From: a virus | Lineage: Duplodnaviria; Caudoviricetes | Length of the DNA: 52,788 bases | Virus record (IMG/VR): IMGVR_UViG_3300022707_001565 | Coordinates: 1 to 52,788 of that record | Reading direction: 5' to 3' (one strand) | Shown here: positions 36,737-45,437 of the stretch, one piece after another | Position numbering within the stretch: position 1 is the first letter of the stretch | Layout of the letters: the number at the start of each line of letters is the position of its first letter | The notes under the pieces: model-generated | What the model was told of the DNA's origin: nothing | The model's input: the letters and a program-made list of their open reading frames with translations, nothing else | Databases searched by the model: none | Made by a program: the position numbers and the translations under genes

Positions 36737-38502
36737 TAACCGTTCACGCGCACAAGCTGGAAGGTGCTAGGCAGCGATTGCGCCTAGTGTCATCCAGCTT
36801 TGGTTTAGATTTTTTTGATCTGGGACGGTTCCCAGGGTTCAGTAAATGGAATCCTGGGAACCAACGTCAATTATTAATAGAGCCAACCTTTGGGAATCTT
36901 AAACATTTATTTGCCTGCTGGATTGATGATGTGGAGTGGAGCGACGATGGGTGCAAAAAATACTTAGAAGATTATGAGCGCATGGCAGAAGAGCATGCAG
37001 CAACAATGGCGGCAAAAGCAAGTGATGATATACCTGATGATGGAATTTATAAATATAAAACCAAGCCATACATGCACCAGCATAAATGTTTTGTCATCTC
37101 TAGGGATTTAGAAAAGTTTGCAATCTTTGCTGACCAAGGTACAGGCAAAACTAAAATAATAATTGACAATGCAGCATACCTTTGGGAGCAGGATAAAATT
37201 GATATGATGGTTGTTATTGCGCCTAATGGAGTGCATCGCAATTGGTGTGACAATGAAATTCCTGCGCATCTGCCAGATCGCATTCCTTATAAAATGGCAT
37301 TCCAACGCCCAGGTAAAACAAAGAAGCAGCAGAAATTAATTGACAGTGTGATAAGTGATCTCAGCGAATTGAATAATGAATTGCGCATATACGCTTTCAA
37401 CATTGAATCATTTATGGGCACAACAGGGCGAGAACTGCTGACAACTATATTAAATAAATTTCGTGTGTTTCTTATCTTAGATGAGAGTGACACAATAAAA
37501 AATCACAATACCATGCGCACTAAGTTTTTAATCAAAACTTCAACAAATGTAAAATACAAACGCATCCTAACAGGAACCCCAATCACAGAAGGCGTTGAAA
37601 ATTTATTCTCACAATGTAAATGGCTTGATCCAAACATCCTTGGCTATAATACATTCACAACATTCCGCAATCAATATTGCACAATGGGTGGCTATCAAGG
37701 AACACAGGTCACAGGCTATAAAAATCTTGATGAATTAATTGAACGTATTAAAGGCTTTTCATTCCGTGTATTAAAATCAGAATGCTTGGACCTACCAGAG
37801 AAAATTTATAAACTCTGGCCTGTAGAAATGGCAACAGAGCAGAAAAAATTATTCAAAGAAATGCAAAAAGAATGGAAAACAGAATATGAAGGCGAAACAT
37901 TAACAGAAGGCATGGCCATCAGTAGAATCATACGGTGTCAGCAAATATCTGCAGGCTGGTGGCCGCACAAAGATGAAGACACGGTTAAAATGATTCCTCT
38001 TAAAAGCAATCCAAAATTAGATGCATTAAAACAATTATTGTCATTAAATAGAGGATCAGCAAATATATGGACACGGTTCAAAGCTGATGCGCGACTCATC
38101 AATGCCACCCTAGGGGAGCAATGTGTTCCTTATTACGGGGATATAAGCGCAGACGCTAGGGCAAACAATATGGACCGATTTCAGAATGATCCCGATATTA
38201 AATGGATGGTGACCAGCCTACAGACAGGCGCAGCAGGTTTAACATTAACGGCTGCGGATTTTGTAATTTTCTACACAAATCACCACGGCTTGCGTTTCCG
38301 TATACAAGCTGAAGATCGGCACCACCGCATTGATGAAGTGCGGAATAAGGACAGAAAATCTATAATATATTATGATATGTCAATGATTGGGTCTTTAGAT
38401 TTGGGAATTATTCGCTGCTTAAAAGAAAAGAAACAAATATCAGATTATGTTATGCAAGATCCACCCTCAATGTTCTTGGAGTTTGAAAATGAGTACACCT
38501 GA
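36733..38502 (+). CDS. SNF2-family (SF2) helicase
   Basis: DQGTGKT, LDESD, LTGTP, GLTLT, QAEDRHHRI. Confidence 0.9.
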   Translation: MITVHAHKLEGARQRLRLVSSSFGLDFFDLGRFPGFSKWNPGNQRQLLIEPTFGNLKHLFACWIDDVEWSDDGCKKYLEDYERMAEEHAATMAAKASDDIPDDGIYKYKTKPYMHQHKCFVISRDLEKFAIFADQGTGKTKIIIDNAAYLWEQDKIDMMVVIAPNGVHRNWCDNEIPAHLPDRIPYKMAFQRPGKTKKQQKLIDSVISDLSELNNELRIYAFNIESFMGTTGRELLTTILNKFRVFLILDESDTIKNHNTMRTKFLIKTSTNVKYKRILTGTPITEGVENLFSQCKWLDPNILGYNTFTTFRNQYCTMGGYQGTQVTGYKNLDELIERIKGFSFRVLKSECLDLPEKIYKLWPVEMATEQKKLFKEMQKEWKTEYEGETLTEGMAISRIIRCQQISAGWWPHKDEDTVKMIPLKSNPKLDALKQLLSLNRGSANIWTRFKADARLINATLGEQCVPYYGDISADARANNMDRFQNDPDIKWMVTSLQTGAAGLTLTAADFVIFYTNHHGLRFRIQAEDRHHRIDEVRNKDRKSIIYYDMSMIGSLDLGIIRCLKEKKQISDYVMQDPPSMFLEFENEYT

Positions 38503-38905
38503 AAGTAAATTGTGGCTTTGGTTTGATAAACATGTTGGCAAAAAATTAGACTATTGTGAACGTATAGAGACCAAGCGTGAAGATGGTTTGCCAGATGTTA
38601 TGATTGTTAATAATTCCAGAACTATATTTATTGAATTAAAACAAAATGTTCAGGCTCACAGACCAAAATATGTCCCATTGAGAAAAGATCAAATAATGTG
38701 GTGGGAGAAATTTACCAGAGCTGGTGGCGTTGGATATATTTTATTCAAATATAATATTGATAAAATGGTAATGATAGGTGGCAAATTTGCTAGGGCTATT
38801 TCTGAGGATGAATATTTCTGGGAAGAATGGTGTCAGTGGGTTATTCCCAATGATGATATGGGGCTTTATATTCGTAATGTTATATTGCTTGCTACTTCTG
38901 ATTAA
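38489..38905 (+). CDS. VRR-NUC/Holliday-junction-resolvase-like nuclease
   Basis: E...GLPD...FIELK...LRKDQ..W motif. Confidence 0.75.
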   Translation: MSTPESKLWLWFDKHVGKKLDYCERIETKREDGLPDVMIVNNSRTIFIELKQNVQAHRPKYVPLRKDQIMWWEKFTRAGGVGYILFKYNIDKMVMIGGKFARAISEDEYFWEEWCQWVIPNDDMGLYIRNVILLATSD

Positions 38906-39189
38906 CCCCAAAGGAATTTAAAGAACCCTGCAAGACCCATACAGATCATAGATCCAACAATGGTCCTGTTCAACCACAGCTTATCAGATTTAATATAAGC
39001 AATATCTTTTTTCATATTCGCAACATTGGTCACGTCCTGTACTCTCAAAACTTTATAGTCTGAGACTATAGCCTGTGTTTTATTTTGTGAATTCAATATG
39101 TCTGTTAATCCATTTTCAATACGCTTTGTAGCTGCATCTTGGGTCTTAACATACATATCAAACTCCTCACGAGTAATAAAATCAGGCAC
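38902..39189 (-). CDS. Coiled-coil protein with a C-terminal transmembrane segment (XhlA/holin-like)
   Basis: Last late gene; C-terminal hydrophobic helix. Confidence 0.55.
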   Translation of the reverse strand: MPDFITREEFDMYVKTQDAATKRIENGLTDILNSQNKTQAIVSDYKVLRVQDVTNVANMKKDIAYIKSDKLWLNRTIVGSMICMGLAGFFKFLWG

Positions 39190-40282
39190 TGTTCTTCCAG
39201 CTGAATTTCACGGGTGTGACGCCTTCTGGAGTTGAGCGATTAATGGTATCATTATTTAATTCTATATAACCTTCATACAACATATCAGAAATATATAATC
39301 CAGCTTCATGTTTCTCTAATAAATCCAATGTGTCTGGTGGATCTAACAGCGCGATGGTGACGCCAGTTTGTTTAACAGTGTGGTGTGGCAATATGTCCAT
39401 ATCTCTATTTTTTCTTTCTTGATCCATTGGTATTATTTTCATTTCATCTTTATATTCTTTAGTCTGTTGTGTAGAATATAAACGGACATCATCATCAGTT
39501 GGTATTGCAATGCCTTTTGCTTTCAGTCGATTAAATTTCTCAACAGCTAATTCATAGCGAGACATTTTCAATATTTTATTAATAACTTTACCAGATTTAT
39601 TCCTAGTTATTTTATCAGCACGCAAACGGGTTGGCCCATTATATGCCCAAGGTGGAATTGGAGCAACATATGACCCTAAAATATTTCCACCAGAATCTAT
39701 TTCGACAAATATAAATAATGGAATCTCTCCATCACCTAAATCAAAAGGTGGAGAAGCATTTATAAATGTAGTGCGCACACTTATAGCTGTGACAGGAGAA
39801 ACATCGCCCTGGAGATATATATTTGTAGCAAAGCTTGTCCCTAATGCTGCAGCAGTAGCACCAGGACCCACTATTTGCGCCTGAACATCGCCTGCATTAC
39901 TTACTGTTGCTCTCGATTCTGGATAAAATGCATATTGGCCACCTGGTAATGTTCTCTTTGATGGAGTGCCACTAATACTATCAACCGTCCCTGTTGATGT
40001 ATCCAAAGCTGCTTGGTCAACAGAACCTGCCCCTGGAGTATTTACACCCCACACAGCGCCATCAACTCCATCAGGTACTAAAACTTTTGTTGTATCAGTC
40101 TCATCCGTGAATATTGCAAATTGCGAATTAAAATCAATTGCCACGCCTTTTAATGCAGTGCGAGCAGTAGCGTCACCCTCAAATATTGCTAAAGGATTAT
40201 CACGATTTTTAAATGTGACCGCCGCCGTCCACGGAGACTCAGCATCAATTTCACCATTCGTTATTTCATCATAAACAGACAT
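39182..40282 (-). CDS. Tail tip/fibre-associated protein
   Basis: Position after the hub gene; ITNGEIDAESP...RDNPLAIFEG N-terminus. Confidence 0.6.
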   Translation of the reverse strand: MSVYDEITNGEIDAESPWTAAVTFKNRDNPLAIFEGDATARTALKGVAIDFNSQFAIFTDETDTTKVLVPDGVDGAVWGVNTPGAGSVDQAALDTSTGTVDSISGTPSKRTLPGGQYAFYPESRATVSNAGDVQAQIVGPGATAAALGTSFATNIYLQGDVSPVTAISVRTTFINASPPFDLGDGEIPLFIFVEIDSGGNILGSYVAPIPPWAYNGPTRLRADKITRNKSGKVINKILKMSRYELAVEKFNRLKAKGIAIPTDDDVRLYSTQQTKEYKDEMKIIPMDQERKNRDMDILPHHTVKQTGVTIALLDPPDTLDLLEKHEAGLYISDMLYEGYIELNNDTINRSTPEGVTPVKFSWKNSA

Positions 40283-40294
40283 TCATTATTCCTC

Positions 40295-42091
40295 TCATAT
40301 AAGTCTATAAGGTGCATCGCCATTCCCAAAGCCCTGATTTATTAAAGTATCATCTCCAACCCATCCATATCTAGCTTTATCTTCATCACTAGCGGCGGGA
40401 TAATCAATTGCTGAAAATTCAGCAGTTGGGCTGACCAAGAAGTATCTGCCCTCAAAGCGCACATCTTCAGCCTTCATAGCAATCTTGCCATTCTTCATTG
40501 TTTTGGCTTGCAGTATTTTAATAAATATACCAGGGCTTAATCCGTCAGCGTCTTGTAATTGATTACTTTGGAATAGAACCGTATCACCAGTCCAAATATC
40601 CTGGTCTTTAACTTCGATCATGAAATCAATAAACTTTGGATTGTTTCTAAATCTGCTTAATTCTCTTGATGTCATTTGCTGAACCAGACCCCTTTGGGCA
40701 GCAGTCAACCACCTGCAATGCTTTGTCCTAGTTCTACGCTCATCATATTCTTGCACACTTTCGGCATTAACATCAATTGGATTATCAGTCCTAGTATAAT
40801 TTTTCTTTTTCTCTAAATCGTCAGTTGGGTCAGTAATATTATAATGGAAAACTACATTTGATATTCTATCTTTAACTCGCTCGGTGACCTTCACGGAATT
40901 CTGTACCACAGACCCTTCTTTGGTTAAGCTAGGGAAATCCTGCGCGAATGGCGGTTGAATTGCAGATAATTTAATCTCAACATCAATTTCATCAGCCCAT
41001 ATATATAAAGGGAATAATCTTAGCCACTCGTCAACTAATGCTAATACACCCATTGGCTCAACAATAATTCCTGTGAGATCTAAATCAGGGAGCCATGTTT
41101 CTAATTCATCCTCCCAATCAGTTTTAGGTATATGTGTTTGCAATACATTTCCAAATTCAACAAGTGCTTCTTCAAGTGCATCTGCAAAAGGCACATCAGT
41201 ATAATTATGGCACTGCTGCACTGTGTCATCAATGTCATGCGATTCTTTTGCTCCATTAAATAATGCACGTCCAGAAGTTGTTAGATCATTTCCGCTAATT
41301 GCAGAATAAGAAAAGATCTCATCGCCAATAATAACAAATTCAGTTAGTAGTGTTACAGCAGGATCACGGTATTCAGTTGAATCATCAAGCTCAATGGTTG
41401 GTGTTGCATCCGTATCATTAATAGCTGTCTGCAATTCTCCAACAGTTACTTTTGGAATCAATGCCTTTTTATTACTAGCTACTTTCATTATATCTTTGGC
41501 AACAACTTTAAATATCCCTGCAGCATCAGGCGCAGTCATACTTTCTATTTGATATGTCCGTATCTGGAATGCACCTATTTCAAATGGATCAGTTAAAAAT
41601 CCTTCAAGGACTCTTAATTCTCTATTTTGATAGAACGTATTGCGTGCAAAGAACCTGCCCCAATATGTTCCTTGCTTTTCAATATCAAATGCACGATCTG
41701 CAAAATATTTATCAATGCCGCGATCATGCCATGTGTGATCTTGGAATGTTATTGTCACACTGCCTCTTTTGCCTAAGCCATCTCCAGGGGTTATAGTCGT
41801 TGGACTTATATTTACATCCAAGACGCTAGGGATTGCATTGAGTGGGGGCCGTATTGTTGGAGTGCAGAATCTATATGTTTTTAATGTTTGATTAAAATTT
41901 GCAACATCCTGGCAATTTGCTTTTGCACTTTTTGATCTCACATTAAAACATTTGTCAGGACCCGTTGCAGGAATAGATGCAACACAAGGAGCAACGCCAT
42001 ATGTCTCAGCACAAAAATCTAGATCCATCTCAATAATTGTGAGCTGTGTGCGTATTGGCTCCTTACGTTGCGCATCAAAATTAGCCATCAA
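40295..42091 (-). CDS. Baseplate hub/central tail protein
   Basis: 598 aa with Cys-containing N-terminus (LDFC...C...C); downstream of the tape measure gene. Confidence 0.65.
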   Translation of the reverse strand: MMANFDAQRKEPIRTQLTIIEMDLDFCAETYGVAPCVASIPATGPDKCFNVRSKSAKANCQDVANFNQTLKTYRFCTPTIRPPLNAIPSVLDVNISPTTITPGDGLGKRGSVTITFQDHTWHDRGIDKYFADRAFDIEKQGTYWGRFFARNTFYQNRELRVLEGFLTDPFEIGAFQIRTYQIESMTAPDAAGIFKVVAKDIMKVASNKKALIPKVTVGELQTAINDTDATPTIELDDSTEYRDPAVTLLTEFVIIGDEIFSYSAISGNDLTTSGRALFNGAKESHDIDDTVQQCHNYTDVPFADALEEALVEFGNVLQTHIPKTDWEDELETWLPDLDLTGIIVEPMGVLALVDEWLRLFPLYIWADEIDVEIKLSAIQPPFAQDFPSLTKEGSVVQNSVKVTERVKDRISNVVFHYNITDPTDDLEKKKNYTRTDNPIDVNAESVQEYDERRTRTKHCRWLTAAQRGLVQQMTSRELSRFRNNPKFIDFMIEVKDQDIWTGDTVLFQSNQLQDADGLSPGIFIKILQAKTMKNGKIAMKAEDVRFEGRYFLVSPTAEFSAIDYPAASDEDKARYGWVGDDTLINQGFGNGDAPYRLI

Positions 42092-42383
42092 TCAGTTTCA
42101 ATCTTTTAAGTATTCTTTTCAATATTTCTTTTGTTGCCGTTTTTGATATTGCATCATCAGCATCATCAATTTTATTCCATATGTTTCTCATTTGTGCAAA
42201 TGCCTTTGCATCATCACTTTGTTCCTCATCCATCACAGTAAAATCATCTTCAAATGATTTTTTTAAATGTAACATGAAATCAGCAAACGATCTTCCATCA
42301 TCATCAGTCCACATCCACTCTTTGGGAGTGTTATCAGGCTTTTTTAATATATTATGTTTTACTCGTCTTTGTTTAGTAGCCAT
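42081..42383 (-). CDS. Hypothetical protein (tail region)
   Basis: 100-aa ORF with AGGA RBS. Confidence 0.55.
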   Translation of the reverse strand: MATKQRRVKHNILKKPDNTPKEWMWTDDDGRSFADFMLHLKKSFEDDFTVMDEEQSDDAKAFAQMRNIWNKIDDADDAISKTATKEILKRILKRLKLIDG

Positions 42384-42387
42384 AGTT

Positions 42388-43782
42388 TTATCCTATCCTT
42401 GAAATTGACATGCTGTTGACATCGCCATTAGAACTTCGTGTGCCTCCACCATCAGATCTAAATTCTATAGTATCGCCAACATTACAGAAAAATGTACCAA
42501 ATACCGTAAACACTCCAGTGCTTGTTCCCCCAAAATCGTTGCCATATGCTCTTGTATTACCTTGATGTTTAAGAAATGCACTGGCACCACCCGATGTGAA
42601 ATTTAATGAACACCGCGCAGCATAGATACCAGGTTGGGGCACAACATATTGATTGCCATCCCACGCTCCATGCAAATCCGAACCATCAAGCTTAGTTCCA
42701 TAATCTAAATTTTCACTACTGGCAGTTACCGCTTGACTTGATGTATCGCTATAAATTGCATGAGTGACATATACCTCGTGAACAATTTGCCAATCAGACC
42801 CATCACTACGAATAGATAAAAATTCCCCATCAACAATTTTATACGTTGTGTTTCCAGCAATATCCTGAAATCCACTTGCGGCAATTGTGTAGATTCCTGT
42901 CTCTCCTGCCTGTACTAATATATTCAACACCCTGCCAGCTTGCCCAACAGCAGTCTGTAATGTTAAAGTAAAGGTTGCACCGGAAAGTATTACTGTCTTG
43001 CCCCAATCCGCTAATACCAATGTTGATGTAGATGATTTTGGATTTTCTGCAACATCAATTAAATTGCTTTTAGAATCTATAATCTCCCAATTAGCTCCAT
43101 CACTCCTTACTTGTAAATAATCGCCAGCCACCATTTTTACATCTGCATTGCCACCAAGAGTCTGGGCACCGCTGCCATCAATCGTATAAATACCCACAGC
43201 CGTAGGATCAACAAGAATCCCCATAATCCTTCCAGCTTGACCAACAGCAGTTTGCATTGTCAAAGTAAATGTTGCACCTGACAATGTTATTAATTTGCCC
43301 CAATCCAAAACTGTCAATGTTGTTGTAACAGCTACAGGCTTGTCTGATAATGCTAATGCATTATTTTTATTTCTCGTCACCTGCCAATTAGCACCATCAC
43401 TACGCAATTCAATAAAATCCCCATCAATCATATCAATAGTTAATGCGCCATCAATCGTTTGAGATCCTGTAGGGTCAATTGTATAAATACCAACAGAACC
43501 AGGATCAACAGATACCCGCATTGTCCTGCCAGCTTGCCCAACAGCAGTCTGTAATGTTAAAGTAAAGGTTGCACCTGATAAAGATATCTCTTGGCCCCAA
43601 TTAGCTGAAGTCAATATAGTTGTTACAGCAATTGGTGTTATTTCAAAATTAAGTATATCCAGAATTGATTGTGCAGGGTTCCATTTATTACCTGAACCTG
43701 CAGTCGTATCCCCAATGCCAAATAAGCTTGACGTTAATAATTTTGTTATAACTGTTTTATCTTTAAATTTCTGATCAGTCAT
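42388..43782 (-). CDS. Tail fibre/receptor-binding protein with three ~100-aa repeats and a C1q-like C-terminus
   Basis: Three copies of LSGATFTLTxQTAVGQAGR...GIYTI...RSDGxxW; C-terminal YVVPQPGIY...GDTIEF. Confidence 0.75.
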   Translation of the reverse strand: MTDQKFKDKTVITKLLTSSLFGIGDTTAGSGNKWNPAQSILDILNFEITPIAVTTILTSANWGQEISLSGATFTLTLQTAVGQAGRTMRVSVDPGSVGIYTIDPTGSQTIDGALTIDMIDGDFIELRSDGANWQVTRNKNNALALSDKPVAVTTTLTVLDWGKLITLSGATFTLTMQTAVGQAGRIMGILVDPTAVGIYTIDGSGAQTLGGNADVKMVAGDYLQVRSDGANWEIIDSKSNLIDVAENPKSSTSTLVLADWGKTVILSGATFTLTLQTAVGQAGRVLNILVQAGETGIYTIAASGFQDIAGNTTYKIVDGEFLSIRSDGSDWQIVHEVYVTHAIYSDTSSQAVTASSENLDYGTKLDGSDLHGAWDGNQYVVPQPGIYAARCSLNFTSGGASAFLKHQGNTRAYGNDFGGTSTGVFTVFGTFFCNVGDTIEFRSDGGGTRSSNGDVNSMSISRIG

Positions 43783-44661
43783 TTAATTCTCCCAAATCAT
43801 ATTGTTGCCATCATCCCAAACCATGTTATTGCCATCATCCCAAACCATGTTATTAAATGCAGGAGCCAATATTGGTGCATCGCCAGGATTGCCATAAGCT
43901 AATATTTTAAGTGTGCCATCAGTACCATCTCTTGTCGTATAACTTTGCTTCCCAGGGGTTCTATCCGAAACGCAGAAAACAGCCTCCCTAGGGAAATCAA
44001 CTTCGTTCCATGAAATATAAAATACCCCGTCATTATCGTCATCTAAATCACCATAAGCATAATCTATAAATGGTAACCAAGATGCATGAAAGAAATCATG
44101 CGACATATCTAATTGTGATATGATTAAATGCTTTCCTGATTGCTCAATTAATTTTCCTAAAGGGAATCCATCTTCACTATATAATTCTGTATATTGATAA
44201 TCATCAGCGCCAGGTGGCCTCATGAAATCCGTTTCCATTGGCCTTTCAAATATTAATTTTTCGCCAATCATAATATTAACCATTTTTGCAGGACCATCAA
44301 AAACAAAACGCCAGAAGCGATGGCTTACGCCTGAAATGGATTCAAAGAATGTTTCATTGGCAAACAATGTGCCAGTTAAAATTGATGCGGCAGGATCTGT
44401 TGCTGCGCCTGCAAATATTTCAAATCCATGATCATCAGTACTATCACCTTCCAATCCAAACATGCCAATGGCATCTATTGTTTGTGCGGAGCCTAAATCA
44501 AATTCAATAAATGGATTAGCGTCAACACTATCCTGCCACGCTGAATATAAGTAACGATCTGTTACATTTTCTTTAAATGTATCAGTATCCTCTCCAGAAG
44601 TAATTATCGTTGAACCAATTGCTTTATTAGTAAATAGTGTGGAAGATTCACATGAGGTCAT
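43783..44661 (-). CDS. Tail tip protein (distal-tail-like, discoidin-like domain)
   Basis: FIEFDLGSAQTID...HRFWRF; C-terminal NNMVWDDG repeats. Confidence 0.6.
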   Translation of the reverse strand: MTSCESSTLFTNKAIGSTIITSGEDTDTFKENVTDRYLYSAWQDSVDANPFIEFDLGSAQTIDAIGMFGLEGDSTDDHGFEIFAGAATDPAASILTGTLFANETFFESISGVSHRFWRFVFDGPAKMVNIMIGEKLIFERPMETDFMRPPGADDYQYTELYSEDGFPLGKLIEQSGKHLIISQLDMSHDFFHASWLPFIDYAYGDLDDDNDGVFYISWNEVDFPREAVFCVSDRTPGKQSYTTRDGTDGTLKILAYGNPGDAPILAPAFNNMVWDDGNNMVWDDGNNMIWEN

Positions 44662-45437
44662 ACATAGCCCCTTCCACTTACAATCATATTATTAGTCACA
44701 AGCGTATCATATTTTTCGTGTTTCTTTTTCTCTTTACGATATAAAAGCATTGGCCTATAATATTTTGTGCTCATATTCCAAACAAGAAATACAGGCTTAA
44801 TATTATAATTAGTCCAAAACGATCTAACCACAGAACTATTTTCACTTAATAAAGATAATGTGCCTGTAAAATTTACACGTCTGTTATAGTATTTTCTACC
44901 TAATGGCATCCCTGTAGATTGTGGCTGCCCAACTGCTTTAATGGATTGATCAAACCCAGGGACTGCCTGCCCAACATTAAATCCTCTTTCAAAAAATATA
45001 CCTTCACCTAAAGCAGCTTGCCTAATCGTCACAGCAACTTGACTGGGATTATTAATCCTAATGCGCCAAAATTTATGCGACTCACTTGGCGTTATTTCTG
45101 TAGTGAAATCAAAGGATACTTCCACATGCACTTTTTTAGTTTCATCAATAGCAGTTGCAGCGATTAAATCTGTATAGGATATTCCATCATCACTGTGTTG
45201 AAACTGATATGTTAAATCTGTTCCATCTGTTTCTAAAAATAATCCAAACGCTGTTTGGACTCTTGCAGTATTATATTCTGAAATAATATCTATAGTGGTC
45301 CCGCTCAAATCATAAATAGCAGGGTCGCCAAGTCGATATGATATTACATTTCGTTGATCATCCACATTTGTTGCAGTAAACATTTTCTGATCAACTTCAT
45401 CGTAAAATAAGAAAAATCCTTTATATAATAAAGACAT
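44658..45437 (-). CDS. Tail tip protein (distal-tail-like)
   Basis: Directly after the tape measure gene; QHSDDGISYTD...HKFWRI; resembles the next gene. Confidence 0.6.
   Translation of the reverse strand: MSLLYKGFFLFYDEVDQKMFTATNVDDQRNVISYRLGDPAIYDLSGTTIDIISEYNTARVQTAFGLFLETDGTDLTYQFQHSDDGISYTDLIAATAIDETKKVHVEVSFDFTTEITPSESHKFWRIRINNPSQVAVTIRQAALGEGIFFERGFNVGQAVPGFDQSIKAVGQPQSTGMPLGRKYYNRRVNFTGTLSLLSENSSVVRSFWTNYNIKPVFLVWNMSTKYYRPMLLYRKEKKKHEKYDTLVTNNMIVSGRGYV

Noticed and set aside
42931-43575. Possible DGR template/variable repeat pair
   Set aside because: No reverse transcriptase; both copies are in-frame protein repeats without adenine-specific mismatches.
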